A stretch of 64,000 bases of DNA from Epithemia pelagica (Eukaryota; Protista; Bacillariophyta), in assembly GCA_946965045.2 (NCBI GenBank), contig OX337233.1:2852001-2916000 (forward strand), in the 5' to 3' direction. A model generated the notes under the pieces. The model was given only the letters and a program-made list of their open reading frames with translations, had not been told where the DNA came from and searched no databases. Shown piece by piece: positions 53,250 through 63,339 of the stretch (position 1 is the stretch's first letter; each line of letters starts with the position of its first letter). The position numbers and the translations under genes are program-made.

Positions 53250-53721
53250 GGTTCAAACGGTGGACGCGATGAAAGGTGTAACCCCCGCTTCGGCTTTTCG
53301 GAAGAGGAGCAATCCAAGACCAACGAACTGATCCAGGATATTGCACTGTAGTGGAAATCGGCCCGTTGTTCTCGTTTCTTCACGGGCGGTTCTTCTTCTT
53401 CTTCTTTGTGGATTGGAATGAATGGGGTAGATTGTCGACAAAAGCTTTGCTATTGGATGTTGTCGTTTTGGAATTATAGGCGAAGGCTGTAGGTTTGTCC
53501 CTTTCAAGGCATAAAGTTCCGTTGTTCTATTCGTAATAATAATAGTGTGTCATCGTGGAGCAGTCTTACCTGTCGTCTGCGTGATTGCCTCAATCCGGCT
53601 CGCGCCGAGGAATTTTGATACGTACTCTCAAGAGCCCGGTACTCAAAAAAACCTTTGAAACTATGAAACCCATAAATCAACCATCTGATGGGGAGTGTAA
53701 CCCGCTCCAAAGGTCACACAA

Positions 53722-54464
53722 TACCCCCCAGCGGGGGTGGCTTTGAGGGTGTAATTTCGTGTAGCCACCCCCTTCTCTAAGAGCAAATAATAACCTATTT
53801 CTTGACGGTTGGCATATCTCATTTCCTCCACCACGATAACAACACGGGCCATGGTGTTGCACAGGTTGTTGTGCACCTATTTGGACTCTTGAAACCTGTC
53901 TTCCCAGTCATAGACCTCAAACCAATAGTGTAGAATGCATCTGCATCACCGAAGTTTAAAGGTTAAGGCTATTATGCATCAGACTCATAGGCGCCATGCC
54001 TCGTGGCACAGGCACGGACGCGACGTCTCACAATTTCGAACGAAGCAACTCAAAGGGACAATATGGCTCTTATCTTGCATTGTTTGAACACCTATTGATA
54101 TACAATACACATAACAGTAGTAGTTACGCACTGCATTGATAGCAAAACATCAACTCTCATGTATTTTCATGCCATCATGGTCTCCTATTGTGCCCGTATT
54201 ACGCGTTACTGTATTCATCCTTTCCTAGAGTGGCACTCATGCACTGTGCGGCTCACAATGCACTACCATGGTACTAATATGAATCACATGATGGTCGGAT
54301 TGCGATGGGGTGGCCATTGGAGGTCACCAGCAACAACAAAGTTTGATTGTCGTGTTGTTATCGTGGTGGAGGAAATGAGATATGCCTACCGTCAAGATCC
54401 AGCGAACAGAGAAGGGGGTGTTTCAACGAAATTACTCCCTCAAAAACACCCCCGCTGGGAGGTA
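53722..54464. mobile_element. 743-bp non-autonomous DNA transposon, probably MULE/MuDR-type, with ~115-125 bp TIRs and a 10-bp TSD
   Basis: Inverted repeats 53722-53846 and 54351-54464 (TACC...GGTA termini; a 47-nt block with 1 mismatch and a ~56-nt terminal block). GGTCACACAA direct repeat at 53712-53721 and 54465-54474. No transposase. Confidence 0.88.
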
Positions 54465-54612
54465 GGTCACACAAACGCCAACAATCTTTTCTTTTTTAAA
54501 AAACCGTCACTTTCCTTCTCGAGAAAAGGAAGCAAGACAACACAAGAAACAAGGAGACCCAAGAGGAAGGGTCCCCGGTGATCTTGTGTCCTCCTTTTAT
54601 CTTTTATAGTCG

Positions 54613-55572
54613 TTGGCATTGACAAGAGACGAGTTTCCGCTCCTACTGCGACCCCATCCACACCATCCAACCATGACGGCGACACTCAACTTTTTCTCGA
54701 GTGCTACCACAAGCAGTACTACAAGTCCGGACGCGGCTCATTTGTTGTGGTCCGCCCACATCTGGGACAAATTTTTGTACACCACCGCCGTCCTTTTGTT
54801 GGTACCCTATGGCCTTGCGTGGATGACGGGAAGCCAACCAAATGGTTGGTGGTTTTGGGGTGTGCCAAGTACAACAACGACCGAGTGTCACACCACCACC
54901 AGCCGGCCCCGAAGGGCCGTAGGGTGGTTGTGGCACAATGCCCTTCTCCCCTTGGCCGCCTCGGCCTGCTGTCTCCTTCAATTACTCTTGAATGCGCTAG
55001 CCTATGGTTGTGCGGGTTGGAACAAGGTCTTGGGACCCTTGCGTCCCTATTTTATGGCGTGTTTGCTCGTGACGGGCCTGCAACAACCGCCCAAATCCTG
55101 GCAGTCGTCACTGGCATGGACGGCCCGTACCAGTGTTGCCTTGTTGCCGGAAGCCCTTGATTGGTACAATCAATATCACTATCCACATCCTCGACCCGTC
55201 GCACGAGCCCCACAACCCCACGAATCGATGGAGAGAAGAACGGACGCGACGACGACGACGACAACGACGAGCTCGGAACCACCCCCCGAATCGAACGTCC
55301 TTCACGTCACTCAAGTGTCCATGGATATTCCGGGCATGGGTTGTATGGGCTGTGTCCATGCCATTAATGACGCGCTCCGAAACGTGCCCGGAGTCGTCAC
55401 GGCGCAGTCTCACTTGTATCCCCTGGGCTTTCAACAAGGGGGTCATGCGACGGTCCACTATACGCCACGGTCCGCCTCGGACACGGAGCTTCTTCAAGCG
55501 GTGGCCCAAGCGGGGTTTTCCGATGCCACCATTACCAAGTCGGTCCCCACCACCATGGCCCTTCCCAACTGA
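54613..55572 (+). CDS. MerT-like membrane domain fused to a C-terminal HMA (MerP-like) domain; likely ATG 54673
   Basis: ASACCLLQLLLNAL...GWNKVLGPLRPYF resembles the MerT TM1 Cys pair region; HMA motif IPGMGCMGCVHAI. Confidence 0.78.
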   Translation: MALTRDEFPLLLRPHPHHPTMTATLNFFSSATTSSTTSPDAAHLLWSAHIWDKFLYTTAVLLLVPYGLAWMTGSQPNGWWFWGVPSTTTTECHTTTSRPRRAVGWLWHNALLPLAASACCLLQLLLNALAYGCAGWNKVLGPLRPYFMACLLVTGLQQPPKSWQSSLAWTARTSVALLPEALDWYNQYHYPHPRPVARAPQPHESMERRTDATTTTTTTSSEPPPESNVLHVTQVSMDIPGMGCMGCVHAINDALRNVPGVVTAQSHLYPLGFQQGGHATVHYTPRSASDTELLQAVAQAGFSDATITKSVPTTMALPN

Positions 55573-56154
55573 CCAGAATGCACCATCAAAGAATGAAAAC
55601 TGTTGAGTGATGCATTCATGAAAGGTAGACAAGGGTGGGAGGGGATGCCCTCACCTGACCTGATGCTGCCACGACGCTTCCTGGGATCCATTTTCTTGGT
55701 CATGAACCGTGAAATCACGTCGTGTCATGACGGTTTCATTGTATTTGGCGCCGTAGTGGGACGGTCCTACAAGACGATGAAACAAATATAGGAACTCAAG
55801 GAATACGAAGTTAAACAGTAGCAGGAACCCTTTGAAATTTGCTGGATTCGATCTAGTGTAGGACTGCAGCTGGTGTAGAAATGTATCGATATACCTAGGC
55901 CCTCCCTCAGCTAGGAAACAGTAATGGTCAAAGATGATGGTGTTTCGTTTCAAATCCTTGTGTCGCGACGGACCCTATTGTATGAGAGAAACAATGCGAC
56001 GCTTGCGTTGAGAACAGACAATCCAAACCGGCGAATGTGCCAAAGCAAAAAGCCACTTGCGTACCCCTTGTCGTTCCTATCGGTGGCATTGTCCAATACG
56101 CTCTCTTGTCTGAGTTTCGACACAGGGAGCGTTCCGCCTACCTAGGTTCATTCA

Positions 56155-57963
56155 TCAATCAAAAAATGGATTGGACAAAAGCCCCCGGACACTGATCAAA
56201 TTGTCTTGGGTGATGGCAGCCGCTGCCTTTTCACGAGCGTTCAAGAGGGCGTCCAGTACATTCCATCCAGCTCCATTTTGTTCGTCCAAGAGTCGGACGA
56301 GATTCAACCAACATTCTTCGTTCAAGACGTACTCTCGAAACTGTTCCTTGATATCCTTGTCAAAAATTTCCCCCAGCAATCGTTGCAAACTATCTTCGTC
56401 CGTGGGAGGAATCGGTTCGTCAATCGAATACAGGTCGGCCAAGGATGACAAGAGCAAGGCTAGTATGACAAATCCCAAGGCATGCATGTCTTCGGCCATG
56501 GCAAAATTCACCATTTGTACCGTGGCTTTGGGTTCTGACGCAAAATTGAGACCAAACGCGCGGGCACGCGTCGCAAAGTCGGGATCGTCCACGGCAATGC
56601 TGGTTTGAGACATGGAAAATCCAAAATCGGAAAGCTTGACCAACAAATTGTTGGTCTGGGTCGCATACACGGATACGGCTTGTCGTTTGTCCTGCGTCTT
56701 GCTCGACAACACAATACTATTCCGACCCAAACTGCGATGGACCAAGCCTTGTTCGTGAATTTCAGCCAATGCGACAATGGCACCACGGACGATTCCCTTG
56801 ATCACATACTTGGCGCGATTGTCCCACGAGGGCAACGGATCGGGAGGGACGGGATTGCCAAAGAAACCCTTTTTGAGGGGCAAACTCGATTGTCGAATCA
56901 AGGCTGGTTCGGCAAAGGCTTGAATTGTGGAAAGACCGGCGTATTCGTAAACCAACCAGACAGCTTCTGGTTTGGGAGGTGGTACCCGCAAGGCACGATA
57001 AAACTCATTGGGCTCCAAATTGCCATCCAACTCGGCGAGATTGACTTCGCCCAAAAGGCCCAAATAGGGTTGCGCCTGCAACCATTTGACCAGCTTGACG
57101 ACATTGGCGTGGTCCTTGCGAGTATTGACCGACCTTGAAGAAGCCACAGTAGCCCAGTCCTCATCCTTATTATTCTTGTCGTCAATCAAGGCAGACTGCA
57201 TCAATGCCAAGGATGCCAGCTCGGACGAGGCAAGTGACAAGGCCAAGGTCCCGGTAAATTCCTTGACCAGAACACGACGATCTAGTCCTTGTGACGACAA
57301 GAGACCACCCAAAGCTCCCGTGAATTCACCACGAAAGATTCGTACCACAGATCCACTGCTGACACGAGAACGCTTGGGTTGAGATGGATCAAAGGGATTG
57401 GGTTGGACGACTTTGCGGTCCTCGCTGCCATCTTCACTGGGATAGTAATACTCCCAATCCGTCACTTCATCAAATCCCAGATTGCCCACGTAATCGGACA
57501 ATACCAAATCTTGACCAAGAGAAAACTGGCGAGATCGAATGCCGGTACGATCGAGGATGGCATCTTTTTGTTTTTGTTCTTCAAACAGTTGTGTCAGCGC
57601 GAGACTGTCTTCCGTTGCTTCCGTCTCCACTGGTGCATCTTCTGGACTGAGATCAAACGAAGGAATGGACTCTGGCGATGAAAGGGTTGCTTTGTCGTCA
57701 ACGTCTTCCACAACACTGTCTCCGATCCATCCGTCAAAATCGGACCATTCTTCTTCTTCTTTTTCCTCGGGTTGAGCACAGAGCCGTGTCAAAAGTGGCG
57801 CACCTACCACCGCCAAGCCGACATTCGGCTCTCGGATATGGACAGGAGCAAAGGCTTTCGATGGGCCAACCAACAAGCACAGAAGCGTCAACCAAGAATA
57901 GAGCCTTTGAATCATCTTGACAGTATAATTGGCACTCTTTGTTCCTTTTCTTGACCGCATCAT
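56155..57963 (-). CDS. Plastid-targeted protein kinase-like protein (STN7/STN8-like fold, degenerate catalytic loop); likely ATG 57915
   Basis: Signal peptide plus SKAFAP; VLVKE, WLVYEY, LVHRSL, KLSDFG, DMHALG. Confidence 0.72.
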   Translation of the reverse strand: MMRSRKGTKSANYTVKMIQRLYSWLTLLCLLVGPSKAFAPVHIREPNVGLAVVGAPLLTRLCAQPEEKEEEEWSDFDGWIGDSVVEDVDDKATLSSPESIPSFDLSPEDAPVETEATEDSLALTQLFEEQKQKDAILDRTGIRSRQFSLGQDLVLSDYVGNLGFDEVTDWEYYYPSEDGSEDRKVVQPNPFDPSQPKRSRVSSGSVVRIFRGEFTGALGGLLSSQGLDRRVLVKEFTGTLALSLASSELASLALMQSALIDDKNNKDEDWATVASSRSVNTRKDHANVVKLVKWLQAQPYLGLLGEVNLAELDGNLEPNEFYRALRVPPPKPEAVWLVYEYAGLSTIQAFAEPALIRQSSLPLKKGFFGNPVPPDPLPSWDNRAKYVIKGIVRGAIVALAEIHEQGLVHRSLGRNSIVLSSKTQDKRQAVSVYATQTNNLLVKLSDFGFSMSQTSIAVDDPDFATRARAFGLNFASEPKATVQMVNFAMAEDMHALGFVILALLLSSLADLYSIDEPIPPTDEDSLQRLLGEIFDKDIKEQFREYVLNEECWLNLVRLLDEQNGAGWNVLDALLNAREKAAAAITQDNLISVRGLLSNPFFD

Positions 57964-58107
57964 GGTCGAGTTTGGATGATGACGTCAGCGCGAAACATCG
58001 CCTTGCTACCCATGCTATCTGCTCTTTGATCTCTCTAATAGAAAAGAATGCGATACTCCATTGCTCCCATGACCTACAATATCGTCCTCTTATCAATGGT
58101 TCAAAGC

Positions 58108-60126
58108 TCAACATTCGGATTCGATTGGATTTGTACCTCGTTGTTTCCACTGACGAAAGACGGGGTGTTTGGAATGGAGGAGACGCTTGGCTTCTTGGTA
58201 GTGTGGCGATTCCTGTTGTTTCAGCTCGCCGAGTTCGAGCAGTGTCCGTGGTGGTGCTACCAGAGATGATGGTGCCATTTTCTCATTCTTTGCAGTAGCC
58301 AAGGCATTCGATACACCCAGAAATGCCTTGACAAGTTCGAGCGTACAGACTGCGGAAAATGACGTGTGGATGTTGCCCTCCGGACTGGATGCGTCGGAGA
58401 TGTCCATCGTCGAGTCCATGGCTGTTGGATTCACGTGGACTCGATATCCAGTGGATCCATCAATGGCTTCTGCCATAGTCCGACCATCCCACCAGACCCA
58501 ACACACTGTCGAATGAAATCGGACATCGTCCCCTGGCTTGTCGTGATGGACTGTCACGGCAGCCGTCTCATCCAAATACACGGCATTGGCCAGAATGGAT
58601 GGATGATGAACGCGATAGGGTGATGGCAGCCAGGACAAGGTGGTATTGGAGGGACACGCCCGACAACAGACGGCACGACGACAAGGTGCCAAGGACAATT
58701 TGCGACCCACCGTCAATGTGGAAATATACAAGGGATCGACCAAGTATTTGGATAAGAGGGATCCTTGCCAACCCAAACAATTCCAACGACACAGTTTGTC
58801 ACTGCAGGTATGCAAACTTCCCTGCTGGGACCAAACCGTGGTGGTTCCAGAAGGACACCAGTCGGTCGTTTGGTTTGCAGGCCATTTTTGTTGTTTCGGT
58901 GACAGCTGGGTTGGGAATCGACGAGTGTGCGGTTTTACAGGTTTGCAGTGGTGTTGTTTGTCGTCTCCGGTGTCTGTAGAATCGTTGTCTTGTGACTCTT
59001 TTGGGTTACTACTACGATCATGCTTGACCAGCAAGGCGAATTGGCCTTGCGCTACGGAATGTCCCAATTGAATGGGATGGGGATGGTCCGAGGGCCATTC
59101 ATCCTGCGACAAGTCCGATCGGAATTGAACATTGTCTCGCAAATCCGCAAACTTTTTGAGCACCGAATTGCCACAGGGAGCCGAAGAACTGTACGCATGC
59201 AGCGTAATACCCGGACGAAGCCTCCATAACACGGGTGGATCGGACAAAGCTGACTCCGTAGCCAATGATGCATCACTTGTCGCGTGACTAGATTTTTGAG
59301 TCTCCATGTCATGCAATGAAATCCTATCGGGTGTCTCCGTTGACAAAGATCGTGACTTGTTGCCAATCTCTTCCTCATTGTAAACGGCATGAGATGGTAC
59401 TCGCTCCAGCAAACGAATAGACGATGGAGAATGACCAGTGCTGTTTATGGAATTCTCATCATTATGCTCCGCTTCTTCATGATCGTCATTGTATGTGTCA
59501 ATATCTTGCTGCATTTCATTCGACAAGTACCTTCGAAAGGCCCTTCGACACAGAACTTCGGCATGACTGTCTCGTACTCGACTCCCATAATAGGCACATA
59601 AATTCTCCTCTTCTTGGGTTCCACTTTGAATCGAAAGTGCCGTTTGTTCTTCGTTTCGTAGTGCATCTTCGGACAAGAACTTGGTCCCTACACCCAACGC
59701 GACCACAACGAGTTGATTGGTGGTTCCATCGTGCGCCAAGAGGGTGGACAGACACGTCATGGCCTCCGGATGAGGTACGACGTACCGGTATTTGTCAATC
59801 GAGATTTGGGCCACGCGATCGGCAAACAATCCACTCGACTTTCGACGTTTCTCGGCATGACGAATCGACGACGACTTCTTGGAGGAGGACAAGGACGCTG
59901 TTGTTGCTGAATGCTCCAGAAATGTACCGCTCTCGGACTCGGAGGGCATGCTGGTCATGGTCGCTGCGCAACAACAAGAAAAAATGGGGGCTCTGCAAAT
60001 GGGGGCGAGAGAGGACGACGAGGGGTGGAAAAGGGAGAAAAGATTGTCGGAAAGGGGAACGCGACGCGAGCGTAGCTCTGGGGACCCGGATGTACGGTCG
60101 GTTGACGTGCCATCACTTTTGGGCAA
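58108..60126 (-). CDS. Adenosine deaminase (editase) domain protein, ADAT1/Tad1-like
   Basis: ALGVGTK, DSHAEVLCRRAF, SSAPCGN, TCSDKLCRWN...QGSLL; no dsRNA-binding domains seen. Confidence 0.85.
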   Translation of the reverse strand: MPKSDGTSTDRTSGSPELRSRRVPLSDNLFSLFHPSSSSLAPICRAPIFSCCCAATMTSMPSESESGTFLEHSATTASLSSSKKSSSIRHAEKRRKSSGLFADRVAQISIDKYRYVVPHPEAMTCLSTLLAHDGTTNQLVVVALGVGTKFLSEDALRNEEQTALSIQSGTQEEENLCAYYGSRVRDSHAEVLCRRAFRRYLSNEMQQDIDTYNDDHEEAEHNDENSINSTGHSPSSIRLLERVPSHAVYNEEEIGNKSRSLSTETPDRISLHDMETQKSSHATSDASLATESALSDPPVLWRLRPGITLHAYSSSAPCGNSVLKKFADLRDNVQFRSDLSQDEWPSDHPHPIQLGHSVAQGQFALLVKHDRSSNPKESQDNDSTDTGDDKQHHCKPVKPHTRRFPTQLSPKQQKWPANQTTDWCPSGTTTVWSQQGSLHTCSDKLCRWNCLGWQGSLLSKYLVDPLYISTLTVGRKLSLAPCRRAVCCRACPSNTTLSWLPSPYRVHHPSILANAVYLDETAAVTVHHDKPGDDVRFHSTVCWVWWDGRTMAEAIDGSTGYRVHVNPTAMDSTMDISDASSPEGNIHTSFSAVCTLELVKAFLGVSNALATAKNEKMAPSSLVAPPRTLLELGELKQQESPHYQEAKRLLHSKHPVFRQWKQRGTNPIESEC

Positions 60127-60264
60127 TGACGGAATCAGTTTTGCATTCCATCTTTTCCATCACCGTTCCCTTTCATTGGAACATCTCCCCTGCACTGCGA
60201 GATATATAGTTTGCTTGCCTTGTGAAGGAGGGAAGTTCCATGTTGACAGGTCCAAAAACTTTGA

Positions 60265-63114
60265 GTGATATTATACCCTATTCCTACGACGTTAACAGCA
60301 AAGAGCGCGAGAGAGAAAATGGCGGGTAGAAAAGGTGGAGCAGACCGAGAACGAGGACCACAACCAGATTCCCAACCACCATCTTCTGGCTTGTCGTCGT
60401 CACTCCGCAAACAAGACGTAGTCGCCACAAGCCAAAAGGAGGAGGATGTCTTTCATCGGAACGACGTACGAAATACACCAACACAAGAAGAAGAAGAAGA
60501 AGCGACCGAGAACCACTACCAGCACAGCACTACTACGACAGCTCCACCTGGAGCTATGGATGCGACCCACCAAAAGGCAGCGACTACAACCACCGATGCT
60601 CCCATGTCCGTGGAAGATGCCTCCCATGGCTCCACTGCTGCGGATACAACGTCTCGGTCCAATTTTTTCAATCAAGTCATGATGAGATCGGTGCAAAAAG
60701 CGGAACCACGGACAAGTAGTAGCAGTAGTGCTCTGCTTCTAGTGGATGCTGCTTCGCAACAGAGTCAAGGAGTCGATGAGAAGGCTTCTACAAGTTACCC
60801 TTTGCACTCGCGTATGGAAACCAATGATCCGAGTACTCTGGACATGGATCGGACCGTATTGCTGCCAAGACCATCCAGTACAATGACTCCGCAAACCAAA
60901 CCAAAGAAGCGTCCACGATCCTCTTTGGAAAGCAGCAGCACCAATCCCTTGGAGGAATCGAGTAGTCCCTCCATGGCATTACCCGTTCCTCGATTTTCGA
61001 CGCCCATGGCCAAAACCGAAACCACAACAACGACGCTCTTTTCGCCGCAAGGCTTTCAAATGCTCCAATACATTCACCAAGTGGAAGACACTCTCTTTCA
61101 GAGCCAAGCCGCAGCTGCTCCGACACAGCAGGCGGCAGACGACGACAAGGATCCAGCAACCACTACGACAACCGTGGCTCCTCGTCCGGAATGGTACCAT
61201 TTCCCACTTTCGCCGCAGTCGACTCTTGTTCAACCCTCGACTCAACAATGGACGGTTCCATTCTTGGATTGGTCTCTCAAGGAGGAAGTCACGTTGGAAT
61301 TGGAGGGATTTGACTCTTCCACTCCATGGGTGTCGTCGTCGTTTTTGGGTCGTACGGCAACCATTTTCCAGCAATCACAGCAGCAATCATCCTCACATAA
61401 TGGAGTCTCTGTAACTATCGGAAGGAACAACTCCCATGGACAACTACAACAGTATTTGACACAATGGGATACAAGTCTCTTGTATTATCAATATCCAGCG
61501 GAAAGCCATGGATGGAGTCCCATTTCTCACAATAAGAAACCAATGACTTCTCGTACGAGCAGTACTGGGACGAACCATGCCTCCTCGTCCTTTTTGACCA
61601 AGCGAAGTTTTGGCAGTTCGTCCCACAACAACACGACGACGACTACGACCAGCACTTTGGGTTGGAAGGGCGGTGGTCCGAATAAGGACACTCGATCCAA
61701 ACTCGCAACCACGACGGGCGGTGGTACCGTCGATGCGACTGTTCTCCCGAGCCGACACGCGGCGGAAACACTCTTGTTGTGGAAGGATGCCACTGGAGCG
61801 CAGCTGCCACACGAGGTACGGGAATGGCAAGATGCCTTTTGGTCCTTGTACGGAAATTGGCGCGTCGCGGTCCAACAATGCATTCATCCTCCAACGAATA
61901 CCGCATCATCCTCATCATCACCACAACAGTCCTTGGGGGTAGAAGGGGCCGTGACACAAACTTGTTTTTACGCGTGTGGGGCCGGACATTCCGTCCTCTT
62001 TCGCATGGGACGGTCTCCCAAGAAAGAAACGGAGAAGAAGACGACGACTGTGTCGGATTCGGCTGCTGCGGCGACGAATGACCCACCAGCCTGTGAATCG
62101 GACAAGGAGAATGGTAACGACGACGACGACTCGGTCGACAGCTATGATTTCTTGGGAGCGCAGCGACCACAACACTGTGAATGGGACTATGTTCCCGAAG
62201 TCATTTTCTCTTCTAGTTGTACGGAGATGCGTCAGAAACTACGGCAACTCGGGGCTTCGTTGTCGTTCATCGACGGCGGTGATGACACGGAGTCGGAGGG
62301 ACAAGGAATGGAATTTTCCAACGAGCAAGACTTTTGGAAACGAATGGAACAACCCCTTGTGCACAAAGACGCCAAGGTGGTGAAAACGGCGGAAACCAGC
62401 CCGTCCATACAAGCCGAACTGGTAGCCCTTCGACGTGCACAGTCCATGGGACAAACGGTCGGTCCGGATATCACCGTCAAGACCAAAAACAACAACAACA
62501 AGACCAAAAGCCAAGCGATGAAGCGTCGACCACGGGCACGGCATTTGCCACCCTTGGTCGTTCGGGGTGACGCCAATTGTGCACGGTTTGCCGAACTGTA
62601 TTTGAATTGGTGTGGTCTTTCATCCATGACAGCCGGCAGTGGTCACCGACCCGTCCTCTTGTGTCGACAAAAACTTGGTCCGTTTCTTTATTCCTCGACA
62701 AAGCAATTGCGGGTCCAACGATTGGTACGCTCAAAAAATCAGGGACTTGTCGTTAAGGGGTACATTCTGCCATGTGCTCTTCGAGAACTTTTGTGCGCAT
62801 TTGTTGGGGTGTCTGGGATCAAATCCGATCATGCCTCGGAGGACATGATGAAAAAGGATGATTCGCCAGAGCCGCTCGTCACGTGTCAGTTTCGCCTTTC
62901 CAAGGGCCATGAGACATCGTTACCTACACAGGAAGGTCAAATCGGTGGACCATCCACATGTCTGTTCAATGGTGGGAGTTGGTCTTCTCGAGAGGAACCG
63001 AAAGATGAGCTCTACTGTTCTTTCGGAGATGTGGCCGTGCGAGGCAAAATGACTCTGTCCAGTCCCAGGGTGTTTTCCGTCAAGGTGGAACGGCAAACCG
63101 TGTCAGTGCTTTGA
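60265..63114 (+). CDS. DONSON: Downstream-neighbour-of-Son (DONSON) replication protein homologue
   Basis: Blocks LDWSLK, WQDAFWSLY, CFYACG..SVLFR, MRQKLRQLG, PVLL...PF, GYILP occur in DONSON order (recognised from memory). Confidence 0.72.
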   Translation: MILYPIPTTLTAKSAREKMAGRKGGADRERGPQPDSQPPSSGLSSSLRKQDVVATSQKEEDVFHRNDVRNTPTQEEEEEATENHYQHSTTTTAPPGAMDATHQKAATTTTDAPMSVEDASHGSTAADTTSRSNFFNQVMMRSVQKAEPRTSSSSSALLLVDAASQQSQGVDEKASTSYPLHSRMETNDPSTLDMDRTVLLPRPSSTMTPQTKPKKRPRSSLESSSTNPLEESSSPSMALPVPRFSTPMAKTETTTTTLFSPQGFQMLQYIHQVEDTLFQSQAAAAPTQQAADDDKDPATTTTTVAPRPEWYHFPLSPQSTLVQPSTQQWTVPFLDWSLKEEVTLELEGFDSSTPWVSSSFLGRTATIFQQSQQQSSSHNGVSVTIGRNNSHGQLQQYLTQWDTSLLYYQYPAESHGWSPISHNKKPMTSRTSSTGTNHASSSFLTKRSFGSSSHNNTTTTTTSTLGWKGGGPNKDTRSKLATTTGGGTVDATVLPSRHAAETLLLWKDATGAQLPHEVREWQDAFWSLYGNWRVAVQQCIHPPTNTASSSSSPQQSLGVEGAVTQTCFYACGAGHSVLFRMGRSPKKETEKKTTTVSDSAAAATNDPPACESDKENGNDDDDSVDSYDFLGAQRPQHCEWDYVPEVIFSSSCTEMRQKLRQLGASLSFIDGGDDTESEGQGMEFSNEQDFWKRMEQPLVHKDAKVVKTAETSPSIQAELVALRRAQSMGQTVGPDITVKTKNNNNKTKSQAMKRRPRARHLPPLVVRGDANCARFAELYLNWCGLSSMTAGSGHRPVLLCRQKLGPFLYSSTKQLRVQRLVRSKNQGLVVKGYILPCALRELLCAFVGVSGIKSDHASEDMMKKDDSPEPLVTCQFRLSKGHETSLPTQEGQIGGPSTCLFNGGSWSSREEPKDELYCSFGDVAVRGKMTLSSPRVFSVKVERQTVSVL

Positions 63115-63339
63115 CGCATACGAATTGTACTATTGAGAAATGCGCTTGTACGACGGTTCTCTGTACCATGCACAGGTGAGTGGTTCCGTTGAAAGCTTCA
63201 CTCTTTTCATACAGCATGTGTTTGATAACGATAATGCTCATCTCGAGATTCTCACATCTATCTTTGTCGTTCCTCGTTAATTTGAAATCTATCGATTTAG
63301 GAGCTCTATTTGTGTCGTTCTGAATCCTCGCACAACAAA

